Source: an uncultured Gaiellales bacterium (lineage in GTDB: Bacteria > Actinomycetota > Thermoleophilia > RBG-16-64-13). Taken from it: a DNA stretch of 55,349 nt. A program made the position numbers and the translations under genes. The number at the start of each line of letters is the position of its first letter. Position 1 is the first letter of the stretch. The notes under the pieces are model-generated. The model was given only the letters and a program-made list of their open reading frames with translations. It was not told where the DNA came from and searched no databases. The stretch spans positions 1 to 55,349 of the forward strand of contig CAZWAR010000006.1 of assembly GCA_964631965.1 (NCBI GenBank), written 5' to 3'. This document shows positions 23,973-36,964 of the stretch, piece by piece.

Positions 23973-24560
23973 TCATCTGACCATCACCATCGCGGCCACC
24001 CGCAACCCCATGTGGGCCGCGACGATGACCGGGGCGACCAGTTCTGAACTGACCGCCGCCCACCGAAAGCGAGAGAGCACCTCGGACTCGTACGCACTCA
24101 GACGCCGGTCGTCCGCGACGCCCGCCACCACTCCGCGGACCACTATCATACCGTCCTCAGCGCCGTCGGGCTGCGGGACCTCCAGAGAAGCGTAGATGCC
24201 GCCCATGCTCGGGAAGCGTGGGCCGGCCGAGTCATCGTTGGGTCCGACCAGCGGTGAGCGCCACGTGAGATTCACGTGATCGGTGACGCTCACCACTCGA
24301 GCAGGAACTTCGACTCCGAATCCTTCAGTGGGAGCCGATGGGTCCGCTCCTCTGCATACGAGGCCGATGACCCCTGTGCTGCCGCGCAGCACCTTCATCA
24401 GCGTGTCGACCTCGGCCGCACTGTAGCCACGAAAGGGATTGCGGAGACCGAGGGCGGAAAGCGAGACCACATCTCCGTTCTCTCCGGCCAAGCGGGCGCA
24501 CAGCCGGGCGACGGTGCCGGCCGGGTCCAGGTCGAGACGGGGACAGGCGAGCACCCTCAC
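23973..24560 (-). CDS. Degenerate purine-nucleoside-phosphorylase-like protein (pseudoenzyme or pseudogene)
   Basis: DHVNLTWRSPLVGPNDDSAGPRFPSM and VIVAAHMGLRV match PNP-I; catalytic motifs absent; start uncertain. Confidence 0.65.
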   Translation of the reverse strand: MRVLACPRLDLDPAGTVARLCARLAGENGDVVSLSALGLRNPFRGYSAAEVDTLMKVLRGSTGVIGLVCRGADPSAPTEGFGVEVPARVVSVTDHVNLTWRSPLVGPNDDSAGPRFPSMGGIYASLEVPQPDGAEDGMIVVRGVVAGVADDRRLSAYESEVLSRFRWAAVSSELVAPVIVAAHMGLRVAAMVMVR

Positions 24561-24585
24561 AGACCGGATACCTCGATCGACCTCG

Positions 24586-26541
24586 TCATGTCGCGGGGAT
24601 GACGATCGTCGATTCGGCAATCGCAAGCATCTCGTCCTGGTCCAGCCAATGGGACAGGGTGTTGGAGACGAAGTAGAGCACGCCGTTCTGCTTCCACCAG
24701 ACCCTGTCGACCTTCGTGTCGTTGCGGACAACCGTATAGACGACGTCGCCGTGCTTCACCTGGAGTCCTTTGCTGGCGGCCGGAGCATCGAGCCAGGTGG
24801 TCGCGGTGATGCCGAGCACTTGATCGGCATTGCTCTCCGCCGCGTACATCATGCGGAACGCGGGCTTCTCGCCTCCGCCGGTAACGATGCCGTAGGTCGG
24901 ATAGCTATCCGGGAACCGCCGCACGTACGAGTATCCCTCGGGCAGGTAGGCGGGTGCCATCACAGCGAAGGGGGTCTGAGCGGCCCATTGCCTCCACACG
25001 TCGGAGTTCGGGATGTCATCGGGGGTCGCGGGCAACGCATACTTCGGAGGAAGTACGAAGTCCTGGCCCACTACCAGGGTGATTCTCTCGACCTTGCTCG
25101 TGCGGGTGACCCGGTCGACCCCGGTCGCAGCGGCCACCTCCTTGGCCACCGCCTGCATTCCCGAGGGGTACTTCACGGCGCTCGCTTGTTCCGTCTGCCC
25201 AGGTTGGTCGGAGCTGGTCTCCACCGCCGCGCCCAGACTCCTCAGCCACTCGGCCGCCGCTGCCGCCTCGCCGCTCCTCCCGCTCGCTCCGACCACGTCC
25301 ACGCTGGTGGAGGAGATCCCGGCCGTCGCATCGGTTGTGGATGAGGTCGAGTAGGCCAAGCCGATGACCTGGGAGGCCGCGGCTCCGTCGCCGTCCGCTC
25401 CGCCTGATCCGCCCGACGTAGTCGTCGTCTCGCCGGAGGCTTGGCCGCTTTCGGTCGTCTTGGCCGGCTGCTCGGGCACCGACTCATGCAGAAGCTCATC
25501 CACGGCGTGAGCAATCTGGTTCTCGCTCGCTACGACGTACGAAGCCCCGTTGATGGTTGGAGTCGTCCCGCGGAGGGTTATCGCCCGGATGCTGTCGCCG
25601 CTCAGCCCGACGCCCCACCGGGCCAGCCTGAGGATCTCGTTTGCGTCGAGGTCGGTGGCGATATTCCTGAACAGGGCGGAAACGAGGCCGGGCAGCTTGA
25701 ACGGCAGGTTCCATCCCATGGCCTGCTCCCGCAAGGCCGTCATGAAGCGCTGTTGCCGCTCCATCCTCCCGAAATCCATGTTGCGGTCGTGCCGGAAGCG
25801 CACGTAGTCGAGAGCATCGGCCCCACCGAGCAGTTGATATCCGGGGTAGATGTCTATGGGCTCGTAATAGTACTTCGGATTGTAGTAGCGCCTGTCGACG
25901 TCTACGTACACGCCACCGAGAGAGTCGACGGCGTCGGTGAAGGCGCCGAAACCGACTTCCATGTAGTGGTTGATGTCCACACCCGTGGTCTGTTCGATGG
26001 TCTTGATGGCCAGAGCCGGGCCTCCGAAGGCGAAGGCCGTGTTCAGCTTGCCCTTCCCGCGCCCCGGGATCTCTACTCGAAGGTCACGAGGCAGGGAGAG
26101 CACCGACAGGTAGTCCCGCTCGGGGTCGATATGCACGACCATCAGGGTATCGGAGCGGCCGCCCAGGGAGGGGTCGGTCGAGCGCCGGTCGGAGCCGATG
26201 ACGAGCAGGTTCATGGCCGACGGGGAAGGCTCCTCGACCGGGGTGATGGTCGCGCCGGACGCGGTCCCCGTCGCCGCGGCCGCCTGCACGGTGGTGAGCG
26301 TGGTAGAGGGCTTCTCCCGCAACACCTGGCGGATCTCCGGTGTGACCCGCTGGTTCGCATAGGAGACCTGAGCGCGGAACCACATGTAGGAGCCGGTGAC
26401 CACCCCAAGGATGGCGAGCACAAGCACGACCGAAGACCAGAGAACGACCCTTCTCCATCGCCGGTCCTTAGATCCCTCTAATGTGTGGAGCGTGTACTGC
26501 TTCTTCCCCAACCTGTCCCGACTCTCCTGTCCAGCACCCAA
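24586..26541 (-). CDS. LCP (LytR-CpsA-Psr) wall-polymer ligase with LytR_C-like and extra C-terminal domain
   Basis: N-terminal TM; GSDRR, RSDTLMV, SLPRDL, KLNTAF, YVRFRH, RMERQQ. Confidence 0.9.
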   Translation of the reverse strand: MGAGQESRDRLGKKQYTLHTLEGSKDRRWRRVVLWSSVVLVLAILGVVTGSYMWFRAQVSYANQRVTPEIRQVLREKPSTTLTTVQAAAATGTASGATITPVEEPSPSAMNLLVIGSDRRSTDPSLGGRSDTLMVVHIDPERDYLSVLSLPRDLRVEIPGRGKGKLNTAFAFGGPALAIKTIEQTTGVDINHYMEVGFGAFTDAVDSLGGVYVDVDRRYYNPKYYYEPIDIYPGYQLLGGADALDYVRFRHDRNMDFGRMERQQRFMTALREQAMGWNLPFKLPGLVSALFRNIATDLDANEILRLARWGVGLSGDSIRAITLRGTTPTINGASYVVASENQIAHAVDELLHESVPEQPAKTTESGQASGETTTTSGGSGGADGDGAAASQVIGLAYSTSSTTDATAGISSTSVDVVGASGRSGEAAAAAEWLRSLGAAVETSSDQPGQTEQASAVKYPSGMQAVAKEVAAATGVDRVTRTSKVERITLVVGQDFVLPPKYALPATPDDIPNSDVWRQWAAQTPFAVMAPAYLPEGYSYVRRFPDSYPTYGIVTGGGEKPAFRMMYAAESNADQVLGITATTWLDAPAASKGLQVKHGDVVYTVVRNDTKVDRVWWKQNGVLYFVSNTLSHWLDQDEMLAIAESTIVIPAT

Positions 26542-26583
26542 GCGGAGGGATCCCTCCTCGTGAACCTACCCCGCTGCTTGGAC

Positions 26584-27879
26584 TCAACAAACGCCGGGTG
26601 CGGTGGTGGCGACTCTTTCCACATCGGCCCCGAGGGACCGCAACTTCTCTTCCAGATGCTCGTAACCCCGATCGACGTGGAACACGTCCCGCAGTTCCGT
26701 GCACCCCTCGGCCACGAGTCCGGCCGCCACCAGCGCAGCACCGGCGCGCAGATCGGTGCAGCGGACGATGGCTCCGGTCAGGGAGCGCCCGCCGCTGATG
26801 ACGGCATGGTTCCCATCAACCCGTATGTCGGCCCCCAGACGTATCAATTCGTCGACGAAGCCGAACCGGTTCTCGAACACGTTCTCGGTGAGCACCGAGA
26901 CCCCCGATGATACCGACAGCAGCACCATCATCTGGGCCTGCAGGTCGGTGGGGAAGCCCGGGTAAGGGAGCGTAGCCACATCGACCGCCACATGACGCTC
27001 GGGATCTCCGATCGCCCGGATGCTCCGAGGGCTCTCCTGCACCTGCGCACCCACCGCGCGCAGCTTGGACAGGAACAGGTCGAGTACATGAGGACTGATC
27101 CCGCTCACTTCGACGTCTCCGCCAGTGACGGCACCCGCGATCAAGAAGGTTCCCGCCTCGATGCGATCTCCGATGACGGTGTGCTCGGCCGGGTGCAGCT
27201 CCCTGACCCCGTTCACCCGTATCGTTGAGCTGCCCGCACCGGTGATGTCGGCTCCCATGCTCACGAGGAACTTGCAGAGATCGATGATCTCCGGCTCCCG
27301 GGCCACGTTCTCCAGCGTGGTGGTGCCCTCGGCCATAACCGCCGCCATCAAGAGGTTCTCAGTGGCCCCCACGCTGGGATAGTCGAGGAACATATCCACC
27401 GCCTGCAACCTGTCTGCCGTGACCTCGACGAACCCATGGTCGGTTCGCACCTCCCCGCCCATGGCCGCCAAACCACGCAGATGGATGTCGATCTTGCGGG
27501 GACCGAGGTTACAGCCGCCGGGCATAGCCACCCGCGCCCGGCCGAACCGCGCCACGAGCGGACCCATGATCTGAATGGAGGCCCTCATCTTCTGCACCAG
27601 GTCGTACGGGGCCACATGCGATTCGACGGCGGTGGTGTCGATGGTCATGTTGCCCCGCTCGAACCGCACCGCGGCGCCGAGATATTCGAGGACCTCCTGC
27701 ATCGTGTGCACGTCCTGGATGTCAGGAACGTTGTGCAGGACGCAGATGCCCGGCGCCAACAGCGACGCGGCCATTAGTTTCAGAGCTGAGTTCTTGGCGC
27801 CGGCAACCATGACCTGTCCAGCCAAACGGCACCCGCCGCGCACGAGCAGGCGCGGCTCGTTGGTATCCGGAGCCATCAA
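26584..27879 (-). CDS. murA: UDP-N-acetylglucosamine 1-carboxyvinyltransferase
   Basis: GAKNSAL, MPGGCNLGPR (catalytic Cys), PSVGATEN, YPGFPTDLQ, DLRAGAAL. Confidence 0.97.
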   Translation of the reverse strand: MMAPDTNEPRLLVRGGCRLAGQVMVAGAKNSALKLMAASLLAPGICVLHNVPDIQDVHTMQEVLEYLGAAVRFERGNMTIDTTAVESHVAPYDLVQKMRASIQIMGPLVARFGRARVAMPGGCNLGPRKIDIHLRGLAAMGGEVRTDHGFVEVTADRLQAVDMFLDYPSVGATENLLMAAVMAEGTTTLENVAREPEIIDLCKFLVSMGADITGAGSSTIRVNGVRELHPAEHTVIGDRIEAGTFLIAGAVTGGDVEVSGISPHVLDLFLSKLRAVGAQVQESPRSIRAIGDPERHVAVDVATLPYPGFPTDLQAQMMVLLSVSSGVSVLTENVFENRFGFVDELIRLGADIRVDGNHAVISGGRSLTGAIVRCTDLRAGAALVAAGLVAEGCTELRDVFHVDRGYEHLEEKLRSLGADVERVATTAPGVC

Positions 27880-27910
27880 TCTTCCTCGAATCGAGCCTGG
27901 TGAGGCCCTG

Positions 27911-28351
27911 TCAGGCCATCTGCGCGACCTTCAGCCTGTTGCGAGCTCGCTTTAATGCCAGTTGCTCCCGGTACGGATCGACTACGTCGTCCTCGGGCAC
28001 AGTACCTTGGTGGTACATCTCCAACCGCTGGAGAGCCCGTTCCACCCCCTGTTCGGCGCGCTCCACGTCGATGGCGCTCGCCTCCTCAGCGGTGTCGGCC
28101 AAGACTATCACTTTGTTGAACTGTACTTTCACGAACCCTTCAGCCACAGCAAAGGTGAGCCACGTGCCATCGGGAGTGAGCGCCCGCAACTGCCCGATCG
28201 CCAGTTGGCCCACCAAGGGGGCGTGACGCGGAAGGATGCCGATCTCTCCGGTGGCGGTGGCGACCACCACCATGTCGACATCACCCTCGAACACCAGGCC
28301 GCGGGGGGCGGCCAGTTCGAGACGCAGGTGCTGCTTTTCTCCGTCAGCCAC
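27911..28351 (-). CDS. atpC: ATP synthase F1 epsilon
   Basis: GEIGILPRHAPL, AEEASAIDVERA. Confidence 0.93.
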   Translation of the reverse strand: MADGEKQHLRLELAAPRGLVFEGDVDMVVVATATGEIGILPRHAPLVGQLAIGQLRALTPDGTWLTFAVAEGFVKVQFNKVIVLADTAEEASAIDVERAEQGVERALQRLEMYHQGTVPEDDVVDPYREQLALKRARNRLKVAQMA

Positions 28352-28363
28352 CGACGTCCACTC

Positions 28364-29900
<1,537 letters not shown>

Positions 29901-29903
29901 CCT

Positions 29904-30794
29904 CTACCCGGAGAGCGCGTCCGCCCCGGCCACCACCTCCAAGATCTCCTGGGTGATGGAGTACTGCCGCGCCCGGTTCATCTGCAGGGTCAATTCGTCG
30001 ATCATGTCTCGTGCGGCGTCGGAGGCCGCCCTCATGGCAGTCATGCGCGCGCCCTGCTCGCTCGCCATGCTCTCGAGGATCGCCCGGTAGACGGAGATCT
30101 CGATGTAGGAGGGAAGCAGGTCTTGGAGAACGACTTCCGGCGAGGGGTCGAACTCGAAGTCCATGTGCGCGCCCGCCCCGGCAGGAACGTAGAGACTGGT
30201 GAGTTCCTCCTGGATGGGCAGCACGATCTGCTCGTCCACGTACTGCTCCATGGGGCTCTTGAAACGATTGTAGACGATGTGCACCCTGTCGATGGTCTCC
30301 TCCGTGTAGCGCCGGATGGTGCCCGCGGTGATGGCTTGGGCCTCCAGGAAGGCAGTGCGATCGGTGACGTCCAGGTACGCCTTGTCCACGCGATAGCCCT
30401 GGAACCGTGCAGTGCTGTAGCCCTTCCGGCCCAAGAGAACCAGGTCGCTGTCCACCCCCTCCGCCTTGTAGGAGTCGACCAAGTCGAACGCGCGGCGCAT
30501 GATGTTCGAGTTGAAGGCGCCGGCCAGACCGCGGTCCGCAGTGAGGGCGATGATGGCCACCTTTTTCAGCTTGCTGTGCTCTTTCAGCAGGGGATAGTCG
30601 CTTCCGCTCACCGGGATGTACCGCACCAGTTGGCCGATGAACTCCAGCATGTGGACGGCATAGGGCCGGGTGGCTTCGATGCGTTGCTGGGCGCGCCGTA
30701 GGCGCGCCGCAGCCACCATCTCCATGGCCTTGGTGATCTTCTCCGTGTTCTGCACGGAGATGATTCGCCGCCGTATGTCGCGGAATGAAGCCAT
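29904..30794 (-). CDS. atpG: ATP synthase F1 gamma
   Basis: KITKAMEMVAA, DRGLAGAFN, EQGARMTAM, RQYSITQEI. Confidence 0.97.
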   Translation of the reverse strand: MASFRDIRRRIISVQNTEKITKAMEMVAAARLRRAQQRIEATRPYAVHMLEFIGQLVRYIPVSGSDYPLLKEHSKLKKVAIIALTADRGLAGAFNSNIMRRAFDLVDSYKAEGVDSDLVLLGRKGYSTARFQGYRVDKAYLDVTDRTAFLEAQAITAGTIRRYTEETIDRVHIVYNRFKSPMEQYVDEQIVLPIQEELTSLYVPAGAGAHMDFEFDPSPEVVLQDLLPSYIEISVYRAILESMASEQGARMTAMRAASDAARDMIDELTLQMNRARQYSITQEILEVVAGADALSG

Positions 30795-30800
30795 GTGCCC

Positions 30801-32307
<1,507 letters not shown>

Positions 32308-32324
<17 letters not shown>

Positions 32325-32880
32325 CTGAACCCTCCAAACTAGCCATCGGGCTGATCAACGATTCATGAAGGCGCTCCAGCCGGTACCGGACGCTGGCGTC
32401 CGCGACCCGGTCGCCTATCCTCAGCTTGAGCCCGCCGAGTAGTTCCTTGTCGACGCTCAGCTTCAGCTCCACCGTCTTGCCGAGCGACGCGGCGATCTTT
32501 CCCCGAAGCGCCTCCTGAATCTCGGCCGGCATAGCCACTGCCGTGACCACTTCCACGTGCACGAGCCCCTGCGCTTCCTCTACCAGGCTCACATACGCCC
32601 GGTAGATGCCCGCAACCTCACGTTCGCGGCTCTTGTCCACGAGGATGCGGATCAGATTGCGCACCATCTCGTCGCCGCCCTCGGTGAGGTCCAGAAGGAC
32701 CTCCGTCTTCTTGGGGTCGGATATCTCGTCGGTGGCAAGCAGCTGGCGGAGCTGATCGGAGGCGTCGATCGCCCTGACGAACTCGCCCAGGTCGCGCCGC
32801 ACCTGCTCTGTGCGGCCGGCCTCCTTCGCGGCTTCGTACAGAGCCGTCCCATACACTCGTGCGACCTTGCCTTCGCTCAC
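32308..32880 (-). CDS. atpH: ATP synthase F1 delta
   Basis: [24 protein letters not shown]. Confidence 0.92.
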
Positions 32881-32889
32881 GGCCTTCTT

Positions 32890-33408
32890 CTAGTTCTCGC
32901 TGATGGTGCTGAGATCGATCTCATTGATGGCTTCTTTGATCAGACGCAGCTGATCTGCCTCCGTAAGGCTCGAGCGGGCCACCTTGGCAGTGGCTGCGAC
33001 TGCCAGATCGGCCGCTTCCTCCCGGATCTTCTGAAGTGCCTGGTTGGTGTCGCGCTCTATCTGCTGACGAGCGCGGGTGAGGTTGGCCTCGGCCTCCGCC
33101 CGGGCTTCTTCGAGGATCTCCGCCCTGCCAGCCTCCCCGGCCTTTCGCGCTCGATCCACGATGGCATCCGCCTCCGTGCGTGCCTGGGCCAGTTGCTTCT
33201 TGTAGTCGGCAAGCAGCTGCTGCGCTTCGTCACGCAGACTCTCCGCGTCGACGATCGACTGGTGGATCTGGTCCTGGCGCGCCTTCTGCAGCCGCATGAG
33301 CGGGGTGAAGGCGAACTTGTACAGCAATGCCATCAGTATAAGAAACGTGATCACCGACCAGATGAACAGGCCGGGATTGATTTCGAACAGTTTGATTTCC
33401 GTACCCAT
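32890..33408 (-). CDS. atpF: ATP synthase Fo b
   Basis: N-terminal TM (FIWSVITFLIL) then Ala/Glu-rich coiled coil. Confidence 0.92.
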   Translation of the reverse strand: MGTEIKLFEINPGLFIWSVITFLILMALLYKFAFTPLMRLQKARQDQIHQSIVDAESLRDEAQQLLADYKKQLAQARTEADAIVDRARKAGEAGRAEILEEARAEAEANLTRARQQIERDTNQALQKIREEAADLAVAATAKVARSSLTEADQLRLIKEAINEIDLSTISEN

Positions 33409-33435
33409 GTCCCTACCTCACGGTCCCCGGGCCTC

Positions 33436-33684
33436 TTACGTTGCCAGCGTCCTGGGAGCCACGAAGACAAGGATGATGGCGATAACGAACGCGTACAGCG
33501 CCAGGGCTTCGGCCAGAGCCAGACCGATGATGAAGACCGTCCGAATGTCGCCGCTGGCCTCGGGCTGCCGAGCGATAGCCTGAGTGGCGCCCGAGGTCAG
33601 AAGCCCGATGCCGATGCCCGGACCGAGCGTGGCGAACGCCATCGCGATACCGGCTGCCAGGTTTGCTGCTGCTGATGGGTCCAT
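33436..33684 (-). CDS. atpE: ATP synthase Fo c (H+-type signature)
   Basis: GPGIGIG, ARQPE, ALAEALALY. Confidence 0.96.
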   Translation of the reverse strand: MDPSAAANLAAGIAMAFATLGPGIGIGLLTSGATQAIARQPEASGDIRTVFIIGLALAEALALYAFVIAIILVFVAPRTLAT

Positions 33685-33711
33685 TGTTCCTCCTTGGTGC
33701 GGATGCCTTTG

Positions 33712-34506
33712 TCAGTGGCCGGCGTAGATGGCCGATTCGATGTACACGACGGATAGGATCGAGAAGATGTACGCCTGGATGAAGGCGACGAACACCTCGA
33801 AAAGCAGCATGATCACCACGAAGGCGCCACCGGGGACCACGAGCCCGACCCCGTACTGCAGGACGAGTCCCAGTATCACCAGGATGATCAGGTGTCCGGC
33901 GATGATGTTGCCGAAGAGCCGGACGGCCAGGGAGAGCGGCTTGAAGAACTCACCCATGAAGTGAGTGATGAAGAAGATGCCGTTGAGGAAGGGTTTCATC
34001 GCCTTCGGCACTCCGGGCGGCGCCAGCCACGAACCAACGTACCTGCGGAAACCGTGCCGCCTGAAGCCTTGGAACTGGGTGACGGCGAACACGCAGACGG
34101 CCAGGCCGAAGGTGACGTTGATATTGGCCGTCGGAGTGGTGGGAAGGAGCTGCGTCGGTTTGGGAACGAGCCCGATGAGGTTCGTCACCATGATGAACGT
34201 GAACAGGGTGAGCACGATGTAGTAGTACTTCTTGCCCTTCTCCCCCAGCTGGCCCGTCAGGTGACCGGTCCCGAAATTGAGCATGATCTCCGCGGTGGTC
34301 TGCAGGCCCTCGGGGGACTTCTTCATCCGCTTGGCGGCCACGTAGAAGAGTACGAAGACGACCGCGGCGGAAACCCACAGGTAGATCACGGTGTTGGTAA
34401 TGGAGAAGTCGATGGGTCCAAGCTTGGGGATGCCGATGACCACGCGGTCGTTCGTCTCCGCCATCACCTCAACGATTTTGCTTTCCGTTGCTTCCTGCAG
34501 CAGCAT
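33712..34506 (-). CDS. atpB: ATP synthase Fo a
   Basis: PTANINVT, SLAVRLFGNIIAGH, IQAYIF. Confidence 0.95.
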   Translation of the reverse strand: MLLQEATESKIVEVMAETNDRVVIGIPKLGPIDFSITNTVIYLWVSAAVVFVLFYVAAKRMKKSPEGLQTTAEIMLNFGTGHLTGQLGEKGKKYYYIVLTLFTFIMVTNLIGLVPKPTQLLPTTPTANINVTFGLAVCVFAVTQFQGFRRHGFRRYVGSWLAPPGVPKAMKPFLNGIFFITHFMGEFFKPLSLAVRLFGNIIAGHLIILVILGLVLQYGVGLVVPGGAFVVIMLLFEVFVAFIQAYIFSILSVVYIESAIYAGH

Positions 34507-34518
34507 GCTACCCCTCGG

Positions 34519-34875
34519 CTAGGCCCCGGTCGTACCCGCGGACGGCGGAGAGTTCCGACGTTTCGAAAGAAGAACGTAGATGGACCAGATGTTCAGCACG
34601 GAGAACAGGCCGACGAAGGCCAGACACACAGCCAGGATGTCGAGCGGCGTCCAGAGGCCCAGAGCGAAGAGGATGCCGACAACGACCACCAAGCGCACGA
34701 GGAAGCCGGCTATTACCGCCGCAGGACCAGCCATGGTCTCGTGATGGAGGGCGAACCGCTGCACCCGTGCCGCAAAGAGGTGATGAGCGACGGCAAGCGC
34801 GAGTCCTACAACCACAGATATCAGCGTCAGCGCCAGAAATGCCTCCCATCCGGTGTGCAGCCCGTACCGGTGCAC
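34519..34875 (-). CDS. atpI: ATP synthase protein I-like membrane protein
   Basis: Four hydrophobic segments, directly upstream of atpB. Confidence 0.7.
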   Translation of the reverse strand: MHRYGLHTGWEAFLALTLISVVVGLALAVAHHLFAARVQRFALHHETMAGPAAVIAGFLVRLVVVVGILFALGLWTPLDILAVCLAFVGLFSVLNIWSIYVLLSKRRNSPPSAGTTGA

Positions 34876-35053
34876 AAAGCCCGCTTCTGGTCCTCGGCCT
34901 TCTCCGTCCCCCGTACCACCTTCCCCCTCTCCCAGTCACCTAAAGAGAACAGCAGCGGCATCAGATAGGCGAAGCCCAACCCTGCCTCGATGGACCGGCC
35001 CCTACCCTCCACCGAGGCTTCTCCGACGATATCGCCGGGCCCCAGGACTTGCC

Positions 35054-35081
35054 ACTATATCATCGGCAAATGACATTTCAA
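35054..35081 (-). promoter_or_regulatory. Probable atp operon promoter
   Basis: TTGAAA-16-TATAGT with extended -10 TG (TGaTATAGT). Confidence 0.6.
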
Positions 35082-35153
35082 TAACGCAGGCTGATTCTTG
35101 TTCACGAAAACAGGATTCCGGGCAGTCATGAGCGTTCCCGGAGGCCCGGGCCG

Positions 35154-35636
35154 TCATTCGGCTCGCGCCATGGGGTGAAGATCGGTGCCCGCTTCCTGGA
35201 ACACCTCCATCGCCAGAGGATCCGGATATTGACCGGAGAAGTACACCGCCACGATATCGGCGTTCACCAGCATCTTGGCGCAAACCACGCAGGGCTGATG
35301 AGTGCAGAAGACCTCGGCTCCTTGGATCGCCACTCCATGGTAGGCAGCCTGGATGATGGCGTTCTGTTCGGCGTGCAGACCGCGGCACAACTCGTGGCGC
35401 TCACCGGACGGGACCCCCAGTTGCTGCCGCAGGCAGCCCACCTCGTCGCAGTGACGCAGGCCTCTCGGCACCCCGTTGTATCCGGTAGCAAGGATCTGGC
35501 GGTTCTTCACCACGACAGCGCCCACCTGCCTGCGGAGGCAACTCGACCGGGTGGCGACCACCCGGGCGATCTCCATAAAGTATTCCTCCCAGGAAGGCCG
35601 GACTCCAGACACATCCGCTCCGCCCGAGGGGACCAT
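35154..35636 (-). CDS. dCMP deaminase (ComEB family)
   Basis: [35 protein letters not shown]; start overlaps glyA stop. Confidence 0.9.
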   Translation of the reverse strand: MVPSGGADVSGVRPSWEEYFMEIARVVATRSSCLRRQVGAVVVKNRQILATGYNGVPRGLRHCDEVGCLRQQLGVPSGERHELCRGLHAEQNAIIQAAYHGVAIQGAEVFCTHQPCVVCAKMLVNADIVAVYFSGQYPDPLAMEVFQEAGTDLHPMARAE

Positions 35637-36916
35637 CAGGCAACCAGAGTGCGGTACAGCGGGAACGCGGCAGTGAGGGCGCGGCTGCGGGCCAGGAGGC
35701 GGTCGAGGGTCGCCTCGGTCTGATCTCCCGTGAGCGCATCAACGATGATGTTCCCGACCTCCCGCATCTCGTCGGGGCCGAACCCGCGAGTGGTCATGGC
35801 CGGCGTGCCGAGACGGACACCGGAGGTGACCGCCGGAGGCCGTTCGTCGTACGGCACCGCGTTCTTGTTCGCGGTTATGCCGATGCGATCAAGCAGTTCC
35901 TGGGCGCGCTTACCCGTCATCTCGGTACCGGAGAAGTCGACGAGCAGGAGATGGTTGTCGGTGCCGCCCGCCACCAGTCTCATTCCGCGCTCGAGCAGCG
36001 TCTCCGCAAGCGCTGCGGCGTTCTCTATCGTGAGCCGCTGCTTGGCCTTGAACTCCTCGGTGGCGGCGAGCAGGAAACAGACGGCCTTCCCAGCGATGAT
36101 GTGCTCGAGCGGCCCACCCTGCAATCCTGGGAAGACCGCTTTGTCCAGGCGGGCCGCGTCGGCATGCCGGCAGAAGCAGGTCCCACCCCGGGGACCGGCA
36201 AGAGTCTTGTGAGTGGTCGTGGTGACCCATTCGCAGTACGGGAACGGCGAGGGATGCACGCCGGCAGCCACGAGACCCGCGATATGGGCGATGTCGGCCA
36301 TCAGCATGGCGCCCACCTCATCCGCGATGGACCGGAACGCGGCGAAATCGATGATGCGAGGATAGGCGCTGGCGCCGAGGACGATGATCTTGGGCCTGTG
36401 CTCCAGAGCGCGCTCCCTGACCTGGTCCATGTCGATGAGCCCCGTCTCCCTGCTCACCCCATAGTGGAAGAAGGTGTATCCGCGGCCGGAGAAGTTGATG
36501 TCGTGACCGTGGGTGAGATGCCCCCCATGGGCCAGGCTCATGGCCAGTACCGGGTCGCCGGCCTCGAGAGCCGCCCAGTAGATCGCTTGGTTGGCGGTGG
36601 AACCCGAGTGAGGCTGCACGTTGGCATGCTCGGCCCCGAAGAGGTCCTGAGCGCGCCGGATGGCGAGCGCCTCGATCTCGTCCACCACCTCGCACCCACC
36701 GTAGTAGCGTTTGGATGGGTAGCCTTCGGCATACTTGTTGGTGAGCACGCTGCCCACCGCCTGCAGAACCGGCACCGGCGTGAAGTTCTCCGACGCGATC
36801 AACTCGATGTTCTGCTGTTGGCGGGCCAGCTCCCGCGCGATCAGGCCGTGCACCAGCGGATCCACCTGCTGCAGGGGCATGTCGGCATAGCTGGGGGCGC
36901 GGTGCGTGTCAGTCAA
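35636..36916 (-). CDS. glyA: Serine hydroxymethyltransferase
   Basis: [41 protein letters not shown]; TTG after AAGGAGG. Confidence 0.97.
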   Translation of the reverse strand: MTDTHRAPSYADMPLQQVDPLVHGLIARELARQQQNIELIASENFTPVPVLQAVGSVLTNKYAEGYPSKRYYGGCEVVDEIEALAIRRAQDLFGAEHANVQPHSGSTANQAIYWAALEAGDPVLAMSLAHGGHLTHGHDINFSGRGYTFFHYGVSRETGLIDMDQVRERALEHRPKIIVLGASAYPRIIDFAAFRSIADEVGAMLMADIAHIAGLVAAGVHPSPFPYCEWVTTTTHKTLAGPRGGTCFCRHADAARLDKAVFPGLQGGPLEHIIAGKAVCFLLAATEEFKAKQRLTIENAAALAETLLERGMRLVAGGTDNHLLLVDFSGTEMTGKRAQELLDRIGITANKNAVPYDERPPAVTSGVRLGTPAMTTRGFGPDEMREVGNIIVDALTGDQTEATLDRLLARSRALTAAFPLYRTLVA

Positions 36917-36964
36917 CGGGGGTAGCCTCCTTCGGGAAAGAGCAGTGCCAAGAATACCAGAGGC

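Noticed and set aside
34827-35012. AtpZ/AtpQ small membrane gene upstream of atpI
   Set aside because: ORF is not hydrophobic and overlaps atpI
35090-35112. Rex operator upstream of the atp promoter
   Set aside because: Only a partial TCGTGAA half-site, no palindromic partner
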